In this document: positions 38,673-52,084 of the stretch, piece after piece
How positions within the stretch are numbered: the stretch's first letter is position 1
Layout: every line of letters begins with the position of its first letter
From: Octopus sinensis
Lineage: Eukaryota
Length of the DNA stretch: 64,000 nt
Assembly (NCBI RefSeq): GCF_006345805.1
Contig: NC_043019.1
Location: 24,613,360-24,677,359, forward strand
Direction: 5' to 3'
The notes under the pieces: model-generated
What the model saw: the letters and a program-made list of their open reading frames with translations, nothing else
Told to the model about the DNA's origin: nothing
Database searches by the model: none
Translations under genes and position numbers: made by a program

Positions 38673-41241
38673 GATCTCAGCCTATAGGCGTGTGATTCGC
38701 GAACAATTTTATCTTCTAGTCCATCGTCTTAAAACCGAGGCACACATTTCCATACAACTTGCTCCGATTTACAGGGAACACATCCTTCCAGACATCATCC
38801 AGAATTTCTAACTGCTTTTTCAAAGGAATTCTCAAATCTCTTCCTTTTGCGAGAAACTGAGAAAGGTCACAATCTTTTTTATCTTCGATGAAATTTTCGA
38901 ACAAAGAGGTAACGAGTTTCCAGCCATATGTGTACTTTCTCGAGAAGTACACTATCAATTTATATTTCCTTCTGGTTTTCAACAATCCAAAAGCTTTTAT
39001 CGTTACCTTTGTTGTTATTTTTTCCTTTAAAGAATCATCATGCTCACGACGAGCAGCGACAATCAAAACAATGCCCTATGACTTTATTCTTGATACTTCC
39101 GGCAGATTCAGACATTACTTTGTAAATTGCTGTTGTATTTTATCTTCGGAGAACCATTTCTTGCTTTAAACTATATATACTCACAACACACTCGATTTCT
39201 TGAAGTAAGAGGACTTTGAGACGTCGTGGTGTCTCGACCTTACTGTATGTCTCTTCAGTCAAAGTTGCACTTGGATCTAAACAAGAATTGTGACTCTTAC
39301 AGAATTCAGCCGATAAATGCTGCTGTATGCTGATGCCTGCTGAATTGATTTTAAAAAATGATCTTGTGTCGAGAGAACGGCGAGGAACGAAACATTGAAA
39401 TACATATTCATTCTTAATACGTTTACATTTCGGTTATAGCTACTTGCATGTATTGAAGTGCGAAATTATATTCGCAATTTGTGACAATACCAGTTTTCTG
39501 TGTATTTATTAAGGCATAAACGCCATTTCATAACTTTGGTAGTATAATTGTCGCCATTTTCTCTGTGCGTGCGTGCGTATGTATGAAAAGTTTTTAAATT
39601 TGTGTTTTTGTTTTCGATCGGGGCCGAGATCATTGCAAATATGACTGTGAATAGCTCAACATTCCCTAATAACGATGACTACGACGACGACGATGATGAT
39701 GATGGCAATGATGATGATGATAACCAAATGCGTTTACGTTAAAACAAGGCCATTGCAAAGAAACCGTTTATAGAAAAATGAATTACTTTTATAAAAAGAA
39801 AACAATGAAATTTTGCAAAAATATAAAATCAGCCAAATTTTAATCTCTGCGTGATAACGTTTGGAATGTCGTAAAAGTAACGCAATCAGGAATTTTTCTG
39901 TTTTATGGTTTGCGGGTAATAAAATAACACAGCTATATTAGCTGTAGACTTATCATAAAATTTTATATACACATTCCTGAAAATATAAAACAATTTTATA
40001 TTTCTTATATCGGTTTGCAACCGAGCTTTTCATGAGAGAGCTACACGAAAGAATAACGACTTGTACAATGATAGTAATGATGACTTCTCAAATGAAACGT
40101 ATTTAAGGATAACAGAATCGATTGAAAGAAGCCTGTGTATAACCTGTCCTTTGTTTATTAACCCCAGAGGAAAGAAAGGCGATGTTGATACCAGTAGGGT
40201 TTGAAATCAGGGTGTAAACAATCGCACGTAGATATCTCGGAGTGTTTAATTCAGAACGCCACACAACTTTTTATCCTCCTCCTGACAGTTTCTGCTCTTC
40301 TCAGACTCCATTTCCTTATCTACACTGCAAGACGATGGCCTTGGTCCTGCTGCTGCCAGCTGAAAAGATCTCCTCTTGTTTTTTTGGTCGCTGATGGCAT
40401 CTGGTGCCAATGCTACTGAGATTTCGTTTACTTCTATTCTGGCTATGCTCCAGTTGCCATATGCGACTGGTGTGACTCTAAAAACTGTTGTAGCAGTTGC
40501 CTTAGTCTTCACTTGTTTGCGTTGCTGTTGATGGTGCTGCTGCCTCAGTTACTGTAGGGTGGTTCTCTTTTCCCTTTCGTGTTTCTTACTTTTCTATGCA
40601 GAAGGCATTCAAGAGACCTTTAATATCACATGTAAAGTATCTAAACTTTTTATCACGCAGCACTTACCTGAGTGAAATTCTCTTTACTCCTCCAATGAGA
40701 CACACTTACAAGATAGTCAAGTGAAAATCAAGGATCCTCATAATCTAGAGGTCCGAGAGACCCCACACGTCTATATACTGCGAGTCATGTCTATGCTAAC
40801 CAAATGTTTGTAGTGTTGTGCTATAGAGGTGATAAGCCAAGAGTAACCATTCATAACTATATTTCAGGCGGTAGCCTTCATTTTCCTGAAATTCATTTAC
40901 TGAGATGCCAGCCCGTGAGCAGCCGAGTCACACATCGATTTTACATCTCTCCCATTTTATTCTTAGTCTTTAAGATCCGGTACAAACTTCCTTATATCTT
41001 TTTACCATCTCGAACCGTGCTTCCTTTATCGTGTATCACCACGCATCTACTCACAAACCTATGTCGGTCTTGAGGTCAATGTGCACTTATTGAGTTCCGT
41101 CTTGATATTTGGTGGTGAAGAAAACTAATGAGTTCGAATTGTATCAGCCCAATAGAGGGCGTTCTCGGCTGACTGCCATGTCGTAACACCTTTGTGTCTT
41201 CAGCGAGAATGTTTTTTCTCCACAACCGAAGTGAGAAGCCA

Positions 41242-41640
41242 TTATAGGTTTAAATATCTCTTAACCACACTTAAACTTCTTCTATTGATGAATGCAATAA
41301 TAAATCCTAAGTTTGGCATTACTGAGTATGAGAATTTCGTTGACGACTCGTTACAAATGGAATAGTACTTATGATTCTTAGGAAAATTATCCCTCAAAAT
41401 CTTAGAAAATAACCTGGGTAAATCCCTAATCCTAAAAGAAAAAGGTATTCTAGAACCTGAAGTTTTGGTTATTCTTGATTTCTCAAGGTTAATTTTATCG
41501 ATTTTATAATTACTATTATTAATGCTGTTGAATTTCCTATATCTATTCCCCAAATTTAAAAATGAATTCCTAACCAATGGTTTGCATTGTTTGTTATCAG
41601 TTGGTATAAAACGTTTCTCGAGACTTTCCAAACTTGGGTC
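41242..41640 (-). pseudogene. Penelope-like (Neptune-type) ORF fragment, region between RT and GIY-YIG
   Basis: PFS..FSKILRDNFPKNHKYYSICNESSTKFSYSVMPNLGFIIAFINRRSL matches the motif PPFS..FL.L...HFP..H....IFN....K.SYSCMPN...II...N...L typical of these elements. Confidence 0.7.
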
Positions 41641-41712
41641 AAGTGGTAGACCAGCCAATTTATTCTGTCTATAGTTCTCGATGTACATTGTATGCGCAGT
41701 AAAACAAAAGAA

Positions 41713-41730
41713 CGAGTAGAGACACTCAGT

Positions 41731-41797
<67 letters not shown>
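41713..41797. repeat. (TG)n
   Basis: Directly visible. Confidence 0.98.
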
Positions 41798-41803
<6 letters not shown>

Positions 41804-43649
41804 GTGTTTGTGGTGTGTGTGCGTGCGCGCATACACGGCTGTTCAGACCCATATCTACACACTTAGATATGGGTCTGAATGTGTCTGTGTAAATATACGG
41901 TTGTGAATTATTGCTTACCCATGGTCAATATTGAGTGGAATTCTACGTCAAGAGGCTGGAATTATGATCATCCAATGCGTCCTTTCTTTCGAACACTCAA
42001 ATGAGGCAATTTTGAAGTTCATTTGGCTGCTATTTCTGGCATTTGAAGCAAATTGACGGACAAAATAGTATTTCCATTGAAGTTTTATGTTACAAGTTAT
42101 GATGAAGGCGCTCAATAGATACTGGATCAACTGTAACAAGCAGATCAAGTTGATGTCTCATCTTTGCACCTTCATGTGCTTGCGTTTTCATGTTAGTGAT
42201 TCAGCTACTGCTACTACTAGTACTACTGCTAGTGCTACTACTACTACATTTAAATATTGTATTTAAAACGCTGTTGGGGAAAATATAGAAAGAATTTTTG
42301 TTCTGCTTCTTTACAGAGTTACCTATTAAGTTTCATATTCAGGATTCGTTAGAATACATACAAAAGACATACAAGGACAGAATTCGCTTAAATTACTTAT
42401 ATTTGGCCGTGTACCACCTATCTTTAAAATTAACCTTCCTGTCATTTAACGCACCCTGTTAAAAGTATTTTTTTCTTCCATTTACTTTGCATATTATTGC
42501 ATATTATCAAATCTATCAAGTGAGAAAATCTAATGACTGCATAAAACAATAACAATCACCTCTACCTTCATTACGGAATTGATCGTCCAAATTAAAGCAT
42601 TTAAAATTGAAAGACTTACATCATTGTTTCCTTCACGAATTCCTTGCTTTCTGGTAACAACAATCCATGTGATAATCCGTGAGAAGGTAATTTCCAAGAA
42701 GAACCGTTGCTGACCAAATCGAAAACATGTTGATTCATACCCAGCCAATGGCTTACTTTATCTAACTGTAAGTAAATACCATCAGTCGGCTGTTGCTGGA
42801 ATTCTGTTTTAGATCCGGGTCAGTCCTGATGGGACATAGCTATGATAAAAAAAATATTGCAACCGTGACCACACCATCCTTTCTTATGTACACAGTGCGT
42901 CGAGTTTGCCCTTTTAAGGCAGTAAAGTTGTAATCTGAGGGAGAGCCTGGCGCCGATTTTAGTTGGTCGAGCAACCGCTTGGAGTCATCTTTGTTGATTT
43001 CATCCTCTGTAGGTATTAGTCATCGGTGTTAGCAGCTGTACTTCTGGTTGCTTCATGAGGACTTCGCAAACTCGCAAAGCTAAGTTCAATTCTCGCTCGG
43101 GCGTGAGTAGCGAACCTATGATAAAAAATATTCTCGCCAGCCCTCTCAATTACTGGGACGGTTCCTATTTCTAATGTTGTTAGTTCGTTATTCAGATTGG
43201 ACTCGGCAGATTTTATACAATTAATATGGAGGTTAATGACTATACTTGTTAATGACTATGGTACTTAATGACAAACATTTCAAATTTTGTTCCATATATT
43301 CATCCTTCGCCTCTTTGCCTTTCTCTCACTCCCCCCCCTCACTGTTTCTCTGAATTTCAATTAATATTTCCTCATTTCCAATCTAAATATCTCACACGGT
43401 TTCCTTAACATACCAACACCTACGCCTCTATCCATTTCTTAAACACGCCATTTTCTAAACCTATTTTCCTTTACTCTTTCTCCCTCTTCCTTTCTCTAAT
43501 CTTTATTCAATTTTTATGCCATTTATATTTCTATCTCATCAACTTAATCTTTATTTTTAGTGTAAGACTGCAATTAATTTACAGTCTGTTGCTACTACAA
43601 GTGGTAATAGTGAGAGTGGTAGCAACAGTTATTCTAATGGTTTCAAAGA

Positions 43650-43835
43650 TTGACACAAGGACAGCGGTTTTAGGGAGAAGGAGACAGTCGATTAGATGGA
43701 CCCCGGTACTTGACTGCTACTTTTTCTTCTCGACCCAGAAAGAATGAAAGGCAGCAATTGAACACAAAGCGATCGAAGAAATGCTGCTAAATGTTTTCTC
43801 TGACACGCTGACAATTCGGCCAGCTCGTCGCCTTA
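43650..43835 (-). mobile_element. SINE family B, degenerate
   Basis: CTCGACCCAGAAAGAATGAAAGGC..CGGCCAGCTCGTCGCCTTA. Confidence 0.7.
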
Positions 43836-44649
43836 GTATTGGATAATAAGTATAATAAAAATAATATCATAATTTCTTTATAAGCCACAAGGGCTCAAAG
43901 TAAAGTAGGAAGTAGGACTTTACAAAGGACAAGATAGAAACTTAGTAGAAATATTGTATATAAGATGTGTAAGGAGGTAATGAGATATGGCTACTTGAAG
44001 AGAAACATAAAACCTGGATTGTAATCTTGACCATGAAAACTATATAGACTGCTTCTCGGACAGCCATCTGTTGCTTCCCTTTTCCGAAACTCCTCTCTCC
44101 ACCCGCTCGGAAAAATCCTTTCACATAAATCCCTATATACTCTGAAGCCACATCTAAGCGGTATTAGTAGAAAATTTTGTTAAAAAGTATCCATTTTCCT
44201 GGATGTTATTAGGCAACAAATTACGGGGCGGGTACATCTGTAGTAATACCCTTTTATTTATACGATATTTTCATTTCATGTTTATTCCATACATTGCTTG
44301 CAATGTTCTCTCTTGCCCCTCTCTTTCACACACATATACACTGTAAAGCTTACATAGAAGCTGCTGAATTGAAATCTCTATGTTGCTTTGAGGGGAAGGT
44401 AAAACTTGATAAACTGCTTCTCCCTCTGTTGTTGGACTACAGTGATGTTTGTTTAAAAAAGTGAGATTGTGACTTTGATAAAAAAAATGAAAGCAATATT
44501 TACTCAGCAAGTGAGCATTATTATACAAAGAAATAATTAGACGTAAAATATAAAAATTATTTGAAATGGGAATCAAATGTGAAAATATTATCAAGTGGCA
44601 AGCAGAAAACAGCCAGGAGGACGGTCTTTCTGCTAGTAACAACAACCGC

Positions 44650-44682
<33 letters not shown>

Positions 44683-44692
44683 AATAATAATA

Positions 44693-44727
<35 letters not shown>

Positions 44728-45160
44728 TGCTTGTCAGTTGTTTGACCATAACCAGTTGAGCCTTAGTGGCTGACGATATGTGCATCTCTGATCACGAGCA
44801 GAAGTAGTGGGGGAGCATCATAGCCATGTGTTGAGAGGGATTCTTTGGGATTTGATTAATTCACCTCTGGAAACATGGGTGGTTCTTTCAACATCCTTAA
44901 ACAACCCTTATTCAGGGACCGTTTAAGCGGGATGGGCTACTCAACCTGAAGAAAATTCTAACTGGGCCCCACCTGCAAGGTCATGTGCTGTTTATCTTGA
45001 TATGAGATCACCATGTCGCGCACATATGGTTGTGATGCATGTGCCTGGTGTACCCTTATCAGACGGGTAGTCATGATGGGTATATTGGGCTTCGTATATT
45101 TTACTCCAGTGTCACTTTGATGGCATGAACTGCTCTCTCACTCAATAATAATAATAATAA
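44728..45160 (+). mobile_element. Unclassified retroposon fragment ending in (AAT)n, inserted in an (AAC)n/(AAT)n array
   Basis: GC-richer ~430-bp block ending CTCTCTCACTC(AAT)n, preceded by (AAC)n/(AAT)n at 44639-44727. I recognise it as a common octopus repeat but cannot classify it. Confidence 0.5.
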
Positions 45161-45840
45161 GTGGAATTGTTATATATTGTGACGTATTATGTAGTCCGAA
45201 TTTTTTTTCAACAATGAATGGATAACCGAGCTGGAAATTGAAAACGTCGGCTTACATCCAACTTGAAGAAATATGATACACAACAGACAAAACAAGAGAA
45301 AAGTATGTCATTATAGCATGGGATCGGAAAGCTCAGACGACTTGGTATTGAGCGAACAAAACGGAATCAATAATATGGTATATTTTCACAGAAATATTCC
45401 ACAAGACTTAATATATGCTTTATGTTTTCTGCCATTAAATAGGTCTTGTTTTTCAGTTTTTTCAGTTTTTTCAGTTTTTTTTTGTCCTCTATCATTATCC
45501 GTTCTTGTTTTTGGGCGAGTTTCTCAGGATCTTGCAATATCAACAATTAAGCACCCAACGAAAAATTACCTTTTTATAGCTTTTCCCAAAGCTTTTTGCC
45601 TAAAGTAACTTCTAAAAACTTTATTCTTATAATTTACAAGGTCAGTTGTTGAAAGGTTTGGATAATGAGGCTGGAGATGCTGATGCATATCGAAAGTAAA
45701 GCTATGTATGTTATGAACTAAATTGAGGATATGGAAATACAAAACTAAACATAGGAGATATCTTCTTGAACACTGTAAATATTAATAAAACTGTCCTTTC
45801 TACCTCGATCATCTTCCATAGGCTCTCAGGATAAGTGTAT

Positions 45841-46078
45841 TACTCTTTTACTCTTTTACTCTTTTACTTGTTTCAGTCATTTGACTGCGGCCATGCTGGA
45901 GCACCGCCTTTAATCGAGCAACTCGACCCCGGGATTTATTCATTTTGTAATTTTGTAAGCCCAGTACTTATTCTATCGGTCTCTTATGCCGAACCGCTAA
46001 GTAACGGGGACATAAACATACCAGCATCGGTTGTCAAGCAATGCTAGGAGGACAAACACAGACTCACAAACACACACA

Positions 46079-46117
<39 letters not shown>

Positions 46118-46280
46118 GATGGGCTTCTTTCAGTTTCCGTCTACCAAATCCACTCACAAGGCATTGGTCGGCCCGGAGCTATAGCAGAAGACACTTGCCC
46201 AAGATGCCACGCAGTGGGACTGAACCCGGAACCATGTGGTTGGTTAGCAAGCTACTTACCACACAGCCACTCCAGCGCCT
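45841..46280 (-). mobile_element. SINE family A, full length
   Basis: Head GGCGCTGGAGTGGCTGTGTGG through the (AAGAGTAA)n tail. Confidence 0.95.
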
Positions 46281-47559
46281 ATCTTGACATTTCCTGCTAA
46301 AGTCATTCAATATTGCCTAAGTCAACACTGTTCTTATTCTTTTCTTAAAAGCTGCTCTTCCGTCTTTACTCAGTAACACTTTCTCTCCATTGTTCTCCCG
46401 ATGTAATCCCTGATGCAGGCTAAGCTTCTTTCCAATTTTCTATTAAGTTATATCTTCCATGCACCTGCCTACCAAAACCACAGAACATCCTGTTAATGAC
46501 ATCATTTAGATAATAAATATTTAAGTTTTTATTACATTTAATCCGTTCAGAGAGTATCAATTGGGACGATAGTAAACAGTAATAATGACATTACAGCTCA
46601 GCTAACAAAAAAATACTGTTTAAGATCAACTCTTCATCTTAAAATTGTAGATGCTTTACGTGTCATTGAGGATGCCTTTACGTATTCAACAAATCTGCTT
46701 CAAATAGCAACCAAATCTCCCTCAACCCACATCCTACTGTCTTAAACAAAAGGCAACAAATATAATATAATGTAACTCTACTGTTTCATTCTCTGTTAAC
46801 AGAAGATTTAAAACAAATCTGAATTATTTCAGCTTCTACACAACTAGGTTTTATTAAATAATTATAACAATATTAGACATTTCCCCACCACATAAATATT
46901 TCTGGTTAATTTTTAAATACTCGCTGTATTACATATGTTAATACTGACATAAATGAAGGCGAGGTGCAGATATACATTTTCTAAATAATACTAAGCACTC
47001 TTTCTATATTAACATATAACTTTATATAAATAACATTTTTTATCATTGATCCACTGAATCAGGGCTACCTGGAGCTAACATCGACATCCACAACAATAAT
47101 GCACGCTCTGTAACAAGTAATCCCACGAAATTCTCATATTTCCATAAATGTTTGATATCCTCCATCACATATAGAATTCGTCAGCATAGTTGTTGTTGTT
47201 GTTGAAGTTGAAAGAATTTGAAACATAGGTGTCCAGATTCTTTATGCCTCAATCTAAACATCTTTGTCTCCATTCCTCCAGACTTGTTTCTCCAGTATAT
47301 ACCCCAACACAGCATTTGATGTTAAGGAGACCATTAATGCAGCTGCCATTTTATATGTGTGTATGTGGTATTTTTTTATATGTTTATCTAGATTGAGAAA
47401 GAGTTCTTAGGACGTTGTGAGTTTGCTTATAGTGATTTACATGAAGTGGTGACAGAGACTTTGATCACCGGAGTCTGCTACAATAACAAAATATGCTCTT
47501 CACATGTAGAAAAGGTTTTTACTTTTGAATATTTCGTTTGCAACAATCTGTGATGATAC

Positions 47560-48400
47560 GAAACTTGTTGTTTTGTGTTTTTGGAGTTTGTAATACTTGT
47601 CTTAAAGAATTTAGAGACACAAGCATAATCCATGATGGGTCAAATATGTTGTTTCATTGCCTTACCTAAATATCCTCTCCCTAAGCACTATGACATGTAA
47701 GTTTCCGTAGAGAGTTGCTTTCTGTACTATGTCTTATACATATATACCCGGAATGGTGTTGATGTTTTGTATATAGAATTCCTATTATGTTTGTCTTTTA
47801 TATATGCGGCATGTTTATGTAGTTGAGTGTTGTAGTCGGCAGTAGTACTAGTTCTCGGCTATTGCTAATAAGAGGGAAGACAGTGGATTTGGCACGTGCT
47901 ACTTCAAGTTTTTTTTTCCTTTTTGTCATTGATGTACGGTTGGGTAAAGTTGTGCGGTTGCAGATACAGGCGCATAAGGAATAGGAATATGATTGTGGTT
48001 ACATTTGTGTATGAGCGTGTGGGAAAATCGTGTAGACGCAAGTTAAGAGGTGTGGAGGAGAAGAGGATCTTTGCGGCACGCTATCTGGAAAATTGTTTAT
48101 TCTGGGAATGTTGATGTATACATCTTAAACTTGGCAACTTGACAGATTGTTTGCTAGTCAGAGTTGTGTGTTGTTTCTTAATGGGGTGTGAAGCATTTTA
48201 GGCATAAAAGAGTAACAGGGAATGGAATTGATGTTTTTGCTCATGTTGATGGTAGCTAGAATAGTGCGAGTGGAGCGTTTCTTGTTGTTGAAGCCATCAT
48301 GTAATTTAATTTCAGGGTTGTAAGTAGTAAGATCATGTAGTGCCCCAAGCTCCTTCAATATCATTGTTAGAGTGTTGATATGCATCGAGACCGATAAATA
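47560..48400 (-). pseudogene. Possible decayed Penelope-like reverse transcriptase region
   Basis: Frame-shifted peptides FMPKM (cf. LPKIHK), AYIKD (cf. SYIKDT) and TLYGN (cf. SLYTNI) in the expected order. Many stops. Confidence 0.3.
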
Positions 48401-48883
48401 AAGTTTCAAATCCAGAATGGTGGAATAGCAGAACTGTTAGAACATCGGTTCGGATGAGTTGCAATATTTGTTTCATTTCTTTGCCCTCAGAGTTTAAATT
48501 CGATCATGGCCCACCTTACCTTATTTAACATCGTGGCTACTTTAGTGGAGTTCATTCTGTTTAAGCATTCTAGCCTAGTCACTGATCTAGGACCACCTAT
48601 CTCCTTACCACCAGCATCGGATTGCCTGAAACGGGTTTTCCTCACTGCTTTTCTACTCAACTAAAAGATAAAAATGGTGCAATCAGAGCTATATTTACTT
48701 TCCTTCTCGTTTTCAGATTTCAGAATTTTTTGAAGGACAACTAAGTAAACCAAGTAAACCCGCACCTTCCTTAATCTCTGAGTCAGTTTTGCCACAAAAC
48801 AAACAGTCATAATTAATTCAGCAAACAATCGACAAGCTTTACATTAGCGAATAATAATTTTTTTCGAATATAGACACAAAACT

Positions 48884-49250
48884 CGTACTTTTAGGGGAAG
48901 AAGTTAGTTGATTATCTGCAGTAGGAGGATAAGAGGCAATATAGAGGAGGATAAGAGGCAATATAGAGGAGGATAAGAGGCAATATAGAGGAGGATAAGA
49001 GGCAATATAGAGGAGGATAAGAGGCAATATAGAGGAGGATAAGAGGCAATATAGAGGAGGATAAGAGGCAATATAGAGGAGGATAAGAGGCAATATAGAG
49101 GAGGATAAGAGGCAATATAGAGGAGGATAAGAGGCAATATAGAGGAGGATAAGAGGCAATATAGACCTCGTTGGGATTTGAAATCAGAGCATAAAATGCC
49201 GAAAGAAATTACACTTGGAATTTCTTCGAACATTCTAACGATTCGGCCAA
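48884..49250 (-). mobile_element. SINE family B, old copy hosting a minisatellite
   Basis: Degenerate tail (TTAGGGGAAG..) to the left of the array and ACCTCGTTGGGATTTGAAATCAGAGC..CTAACGATTCGGCCA to the right. Confidence 0.6.
48923..49164. repeat. Minisatellite, 11 x 22 bp (AGGAGGATAAGAGGCAATATAG)
   Basis: 242 bp = 11 units that appear identical. Confidence 0.97.
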
Positions 49251-49300
49251 TCTAATATCTTTCATGATGATGATGATGATGATGATGATAAGAATAACAA

Positions 49301-49716
49301 TCCTTTCTACTGTAGGCACAAAATCTAAAATTTAAGGGAAAGGGTCGAAGTCGATTACATCGACTCCAGTGCTGAACCGGTAATCATTTTATCGACCCCT
49401 AAAGGATGAAAGGCAAAGTTGACCTCGGTGGAATTTGAACTCAAAACTTAAGGACTTAAGCATTTTACCCGACGTGAAAACCATTTTTTTCCCAACTTTG
49501 GCATTAAGCCAACAATATTAGGTAGTGGGGGTGGGGTGGGGGGGGGGGGGTTAGTAGATTACTTCAACCCTAGTACTTGACTGGTACTTTACTTTATCGA
49601 CCCCGAAAGGATAAGTTGAAACCGGTGGGATTTGAAATGAGAACGTCAAGAACCAAATAAATCCCGAGTGGTATTTTTTAGCGATTGGCCAACGACTGTG
49701 CCAGCTCACCAACCTT
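49301..49716 (-). mobile_element. Two further SINE family B copies (49301-49482, 49551-49716)
   Basis: Both carry TTATCGACCCC..AAAGGAT..TTTGAA.T.AGAAC motifs. Confidence 0.75.
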
Positions 49717-50011
49717 AAATGCCGAATGATAAAATAACTAGCAACAAAATAGAAAAAAAGAAAACTTTTACTGTTCGTCACCGTGTAACATCTTATTTTA
49801 TTAGTTTGCATAAAGAAAACACTAAGTTATATTACGGTAAAAGCTAAAACATTTTGACAAATGACGAGTTTAATAGAGAGAACTAAAACAGTTTTTAAAC
49901 AACTTGTCCTATTTCCTATTTACAAGACATTTTACAGATTTATATCACGGCCTTCTTTACTATTTAACTTTACGATCATGAGTGCGTGCGTGCGTGTGCG
50001 TGCGTGCGTGC

Positions 50012-50058
<47 letters not shown>

Positions 50059-50667
50059 TTCTTGTTCACTTTTCGCTTCAACTTGTACGAATATTTTACT
50101 AAGAGCGTACGTTTCCCAGTCTTTCCGGCAGCAGCATTGTTTCTACGTCGCTTTCAAAGACTCGCTTTGATCTGTAGATAAGTTCCAGATGTTTACTCTC
50201 CTTCTTCGTAGAATTTCACTTTATAGACACACATCATCCGAAGGAGAACCATCAGGGGTTCTTTCTTCGTCTAACGTGACTTAAACCTGTACACACACAC
50301 ACACACACCACACACACACACTCCCACACACACAAACACACACACGTAAAGTGACTTAAACCTGTACACACACACATACACACACACACCCCCACACACA
50401 ACCACACACACGTAAAGAAACGCATGCACACGTACACAAACACTCAACCACACATGTACATATTTAATAAACACGCACGAATACAGGCCTACATATACAC
50501 TATATCTACATACACACACACACACATACATATTTATATATACATGCAGAGGTATACATATACATGTATATATGTGCTTATAGTGTGTGTATGTGTATGT
50601 TTATGGATATAGATGTATGTAAGTGCGTGTGTGTGCGTGTGATTGAGTGCAAGTGTGTGTGTGTGTG

Positions 50668-50728
<61 letters not shown>

Positions 50729-50766
50729 AAACAGTTTAAATAATGTGTGTCACATTGAAAATAATT

Positions 50767-50856
50767 CAAGACACATAGCTAAGAATGCATGTATATTCTA
50801 AATATTTGGAATCCATGAACAAATGCACTTGTTCTTTATAAAAATATCGGAAACCA
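50767..50856 (-). repeat. ~90-bp unit, inverted copy of 52931-53021
   Basis: Reverse complement differs from 52931-53021 by one substitution and one 1-bp indel. Confidence 0.9.
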
Positions 50857-50872
50857 TATATATATATATATA

Positions 50873-51300
50873 GGCGCAGGAGTGGCTGTGTGGTAAGTAG
50901 CTTGCTTACGAACCACATGGTTCCGGGTTCAATCCCACTGCGTGGCACCTTGGGCAAGTGTCTTCTACTGTAGCCTCGGGCCGACCAAACCCTTGTGAGT
51001 GGATTTGGTAGACGGAAACTGAAAGAAGCCCGTAGTATGTATGTATATATATATGTATGTATGTGTGTCTGCGTATATGTTTGTGTGTCTGTGTTTGTCT
51101 CCCCAATATCGCTTGACAACCGATGCTGGTGTGTTTACGTCTCTGTAACTTAGCGGTTCGGCAAAAGCGACCGATAGAATAAGTGCTGGACTTACAAAGA
51201 ATAAATTCCGGGGTCGATTTGCTCGACTAAAGGTGGTACTTTAGCATGGCCACAGTCAAATGACTGGAACAAGTAAAAGTGTAAAAGAGTAAAGAGAGTA
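50873..51300 (+). mobile_element. SINE family A, full length
   Basis: GGCGCAGGAGTGGCTGTGTGG (A box region), GGTTCAATCC (B box), internal TA/TG tract, tail AAGTAAAAGTGTAAAAGAGT. Confidence 0.95.
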
Positions 51301-51642
51301 TATATGTATGTATGTATATATGTATGTATGTATATATATATGTATGTATGTATGTATATGGTTATATATATAACCAGTTTAGCTTAATGGTAATGCCCTT
51401 GGCCGGAGTCTACAAGAAATGTGGGTTCGAGTCTCCTGGCTTAGCAAACTTAACAAACCACCCTTCCTAATGGTAATTTACCCAATGCTTCTGCTGTTCT
51501 AATGGCGTCTCTGCGTTCGAAAATAAATTATCATCTTATTTATATCTTACAGTACATATTTCGGCATTCATATAAAAAAACAAATGTTAGTGTGTGTGTC
51601 CGTCTAGACTTTAGCAGCAAGTATGATAGTGCAACTAATATT

Positions 51643-52084
51643 TTTGGAGGAGAGGGCCAGTCGATTATATCTCCCCCCCCCCTCCAGTACACAACTGGTA
51701 CTAATTTATCGAAGAAGGCGGCGAGCTGGCAGAGACGTTAGCACGCCGGGCGAAATGCGTAGCCGTATTTCGTCTGTCGTTACGCTCTGAGTTCATATTC
51801 CGCCGAGGTCGACTTTGCCTTTCATCCTTTCGGGGTCGATAAATTAAGTACCAGTTACGCACTGGGGTCGATGGAATCGACTTAATACCTATGTCTGTCC
51901 TTGTTTGTCCCATCTATGTTTAGCCCCTTGTGGGTAATAAAGAAATAGGTACTAATTTATCGACCCCGAAAGGATGAAAGGCAAAGCCGACCTCGGCGGA
52001 ATTTGAACTCACAACGTAACGACAGACGAAATACCGCTAAGCATTTCGCCCGGCGTGCTAACGATTCTGCCAGCTCGCCGCCTT
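51643..52084 (-). mobile_element. SINE family B (tail type B) split by a nested family B insertion
   Basis: Head at 52084, tail at ~51643-51712; continuity is restored by removing 51713-51947 and one TSD copy. Confidence 0.88.
51713..51947 (+). mobile_element. SINE family B (tail type A), nested, 16-bp TSD
   Basis: TSD GGTACTAATTTATCGA at 51697-51712 and 51948-51963. Confidence 0.93.

Noticed and set aside
38716-39066. 116-aa minus-strand ORF
   Set aside because: No motif I can name and no splice or start context. It may be LINE-derived, but I cannot support a call.
40201-41230. Possible L1/Tx1 ORF1/ORF2 relic or host exon
   Set aside because: Only vague peptide similarity with multiple stops. 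A translated search is needed.
48839-49233. ORFs with a 22-aa repeat, and a possible CRISPR-like array
   Set aside because: The peptide repeat is three 22-bp units read in frame. The units are contiguous with no spacers and there are no cas genes.
51250-51280. SINE A tail (consensus AGTC-AAAT-GACT-GAAAC-AA-GTA) resembling the 3' half of a hammerhead
   Set aside because: There is no CUGANGA core or stem I upstream in any copy. An RTE-type 3' stem-loop explains it better.
51374-51446. Possible tRNA gene
   Set aside because: A- and B-box-like motifs are present, but the acceptor and anticodon arms do not pair properly. More likely a decayed SINE head. The tRNA-like heads of families A-D are likewise not tRNA genes.
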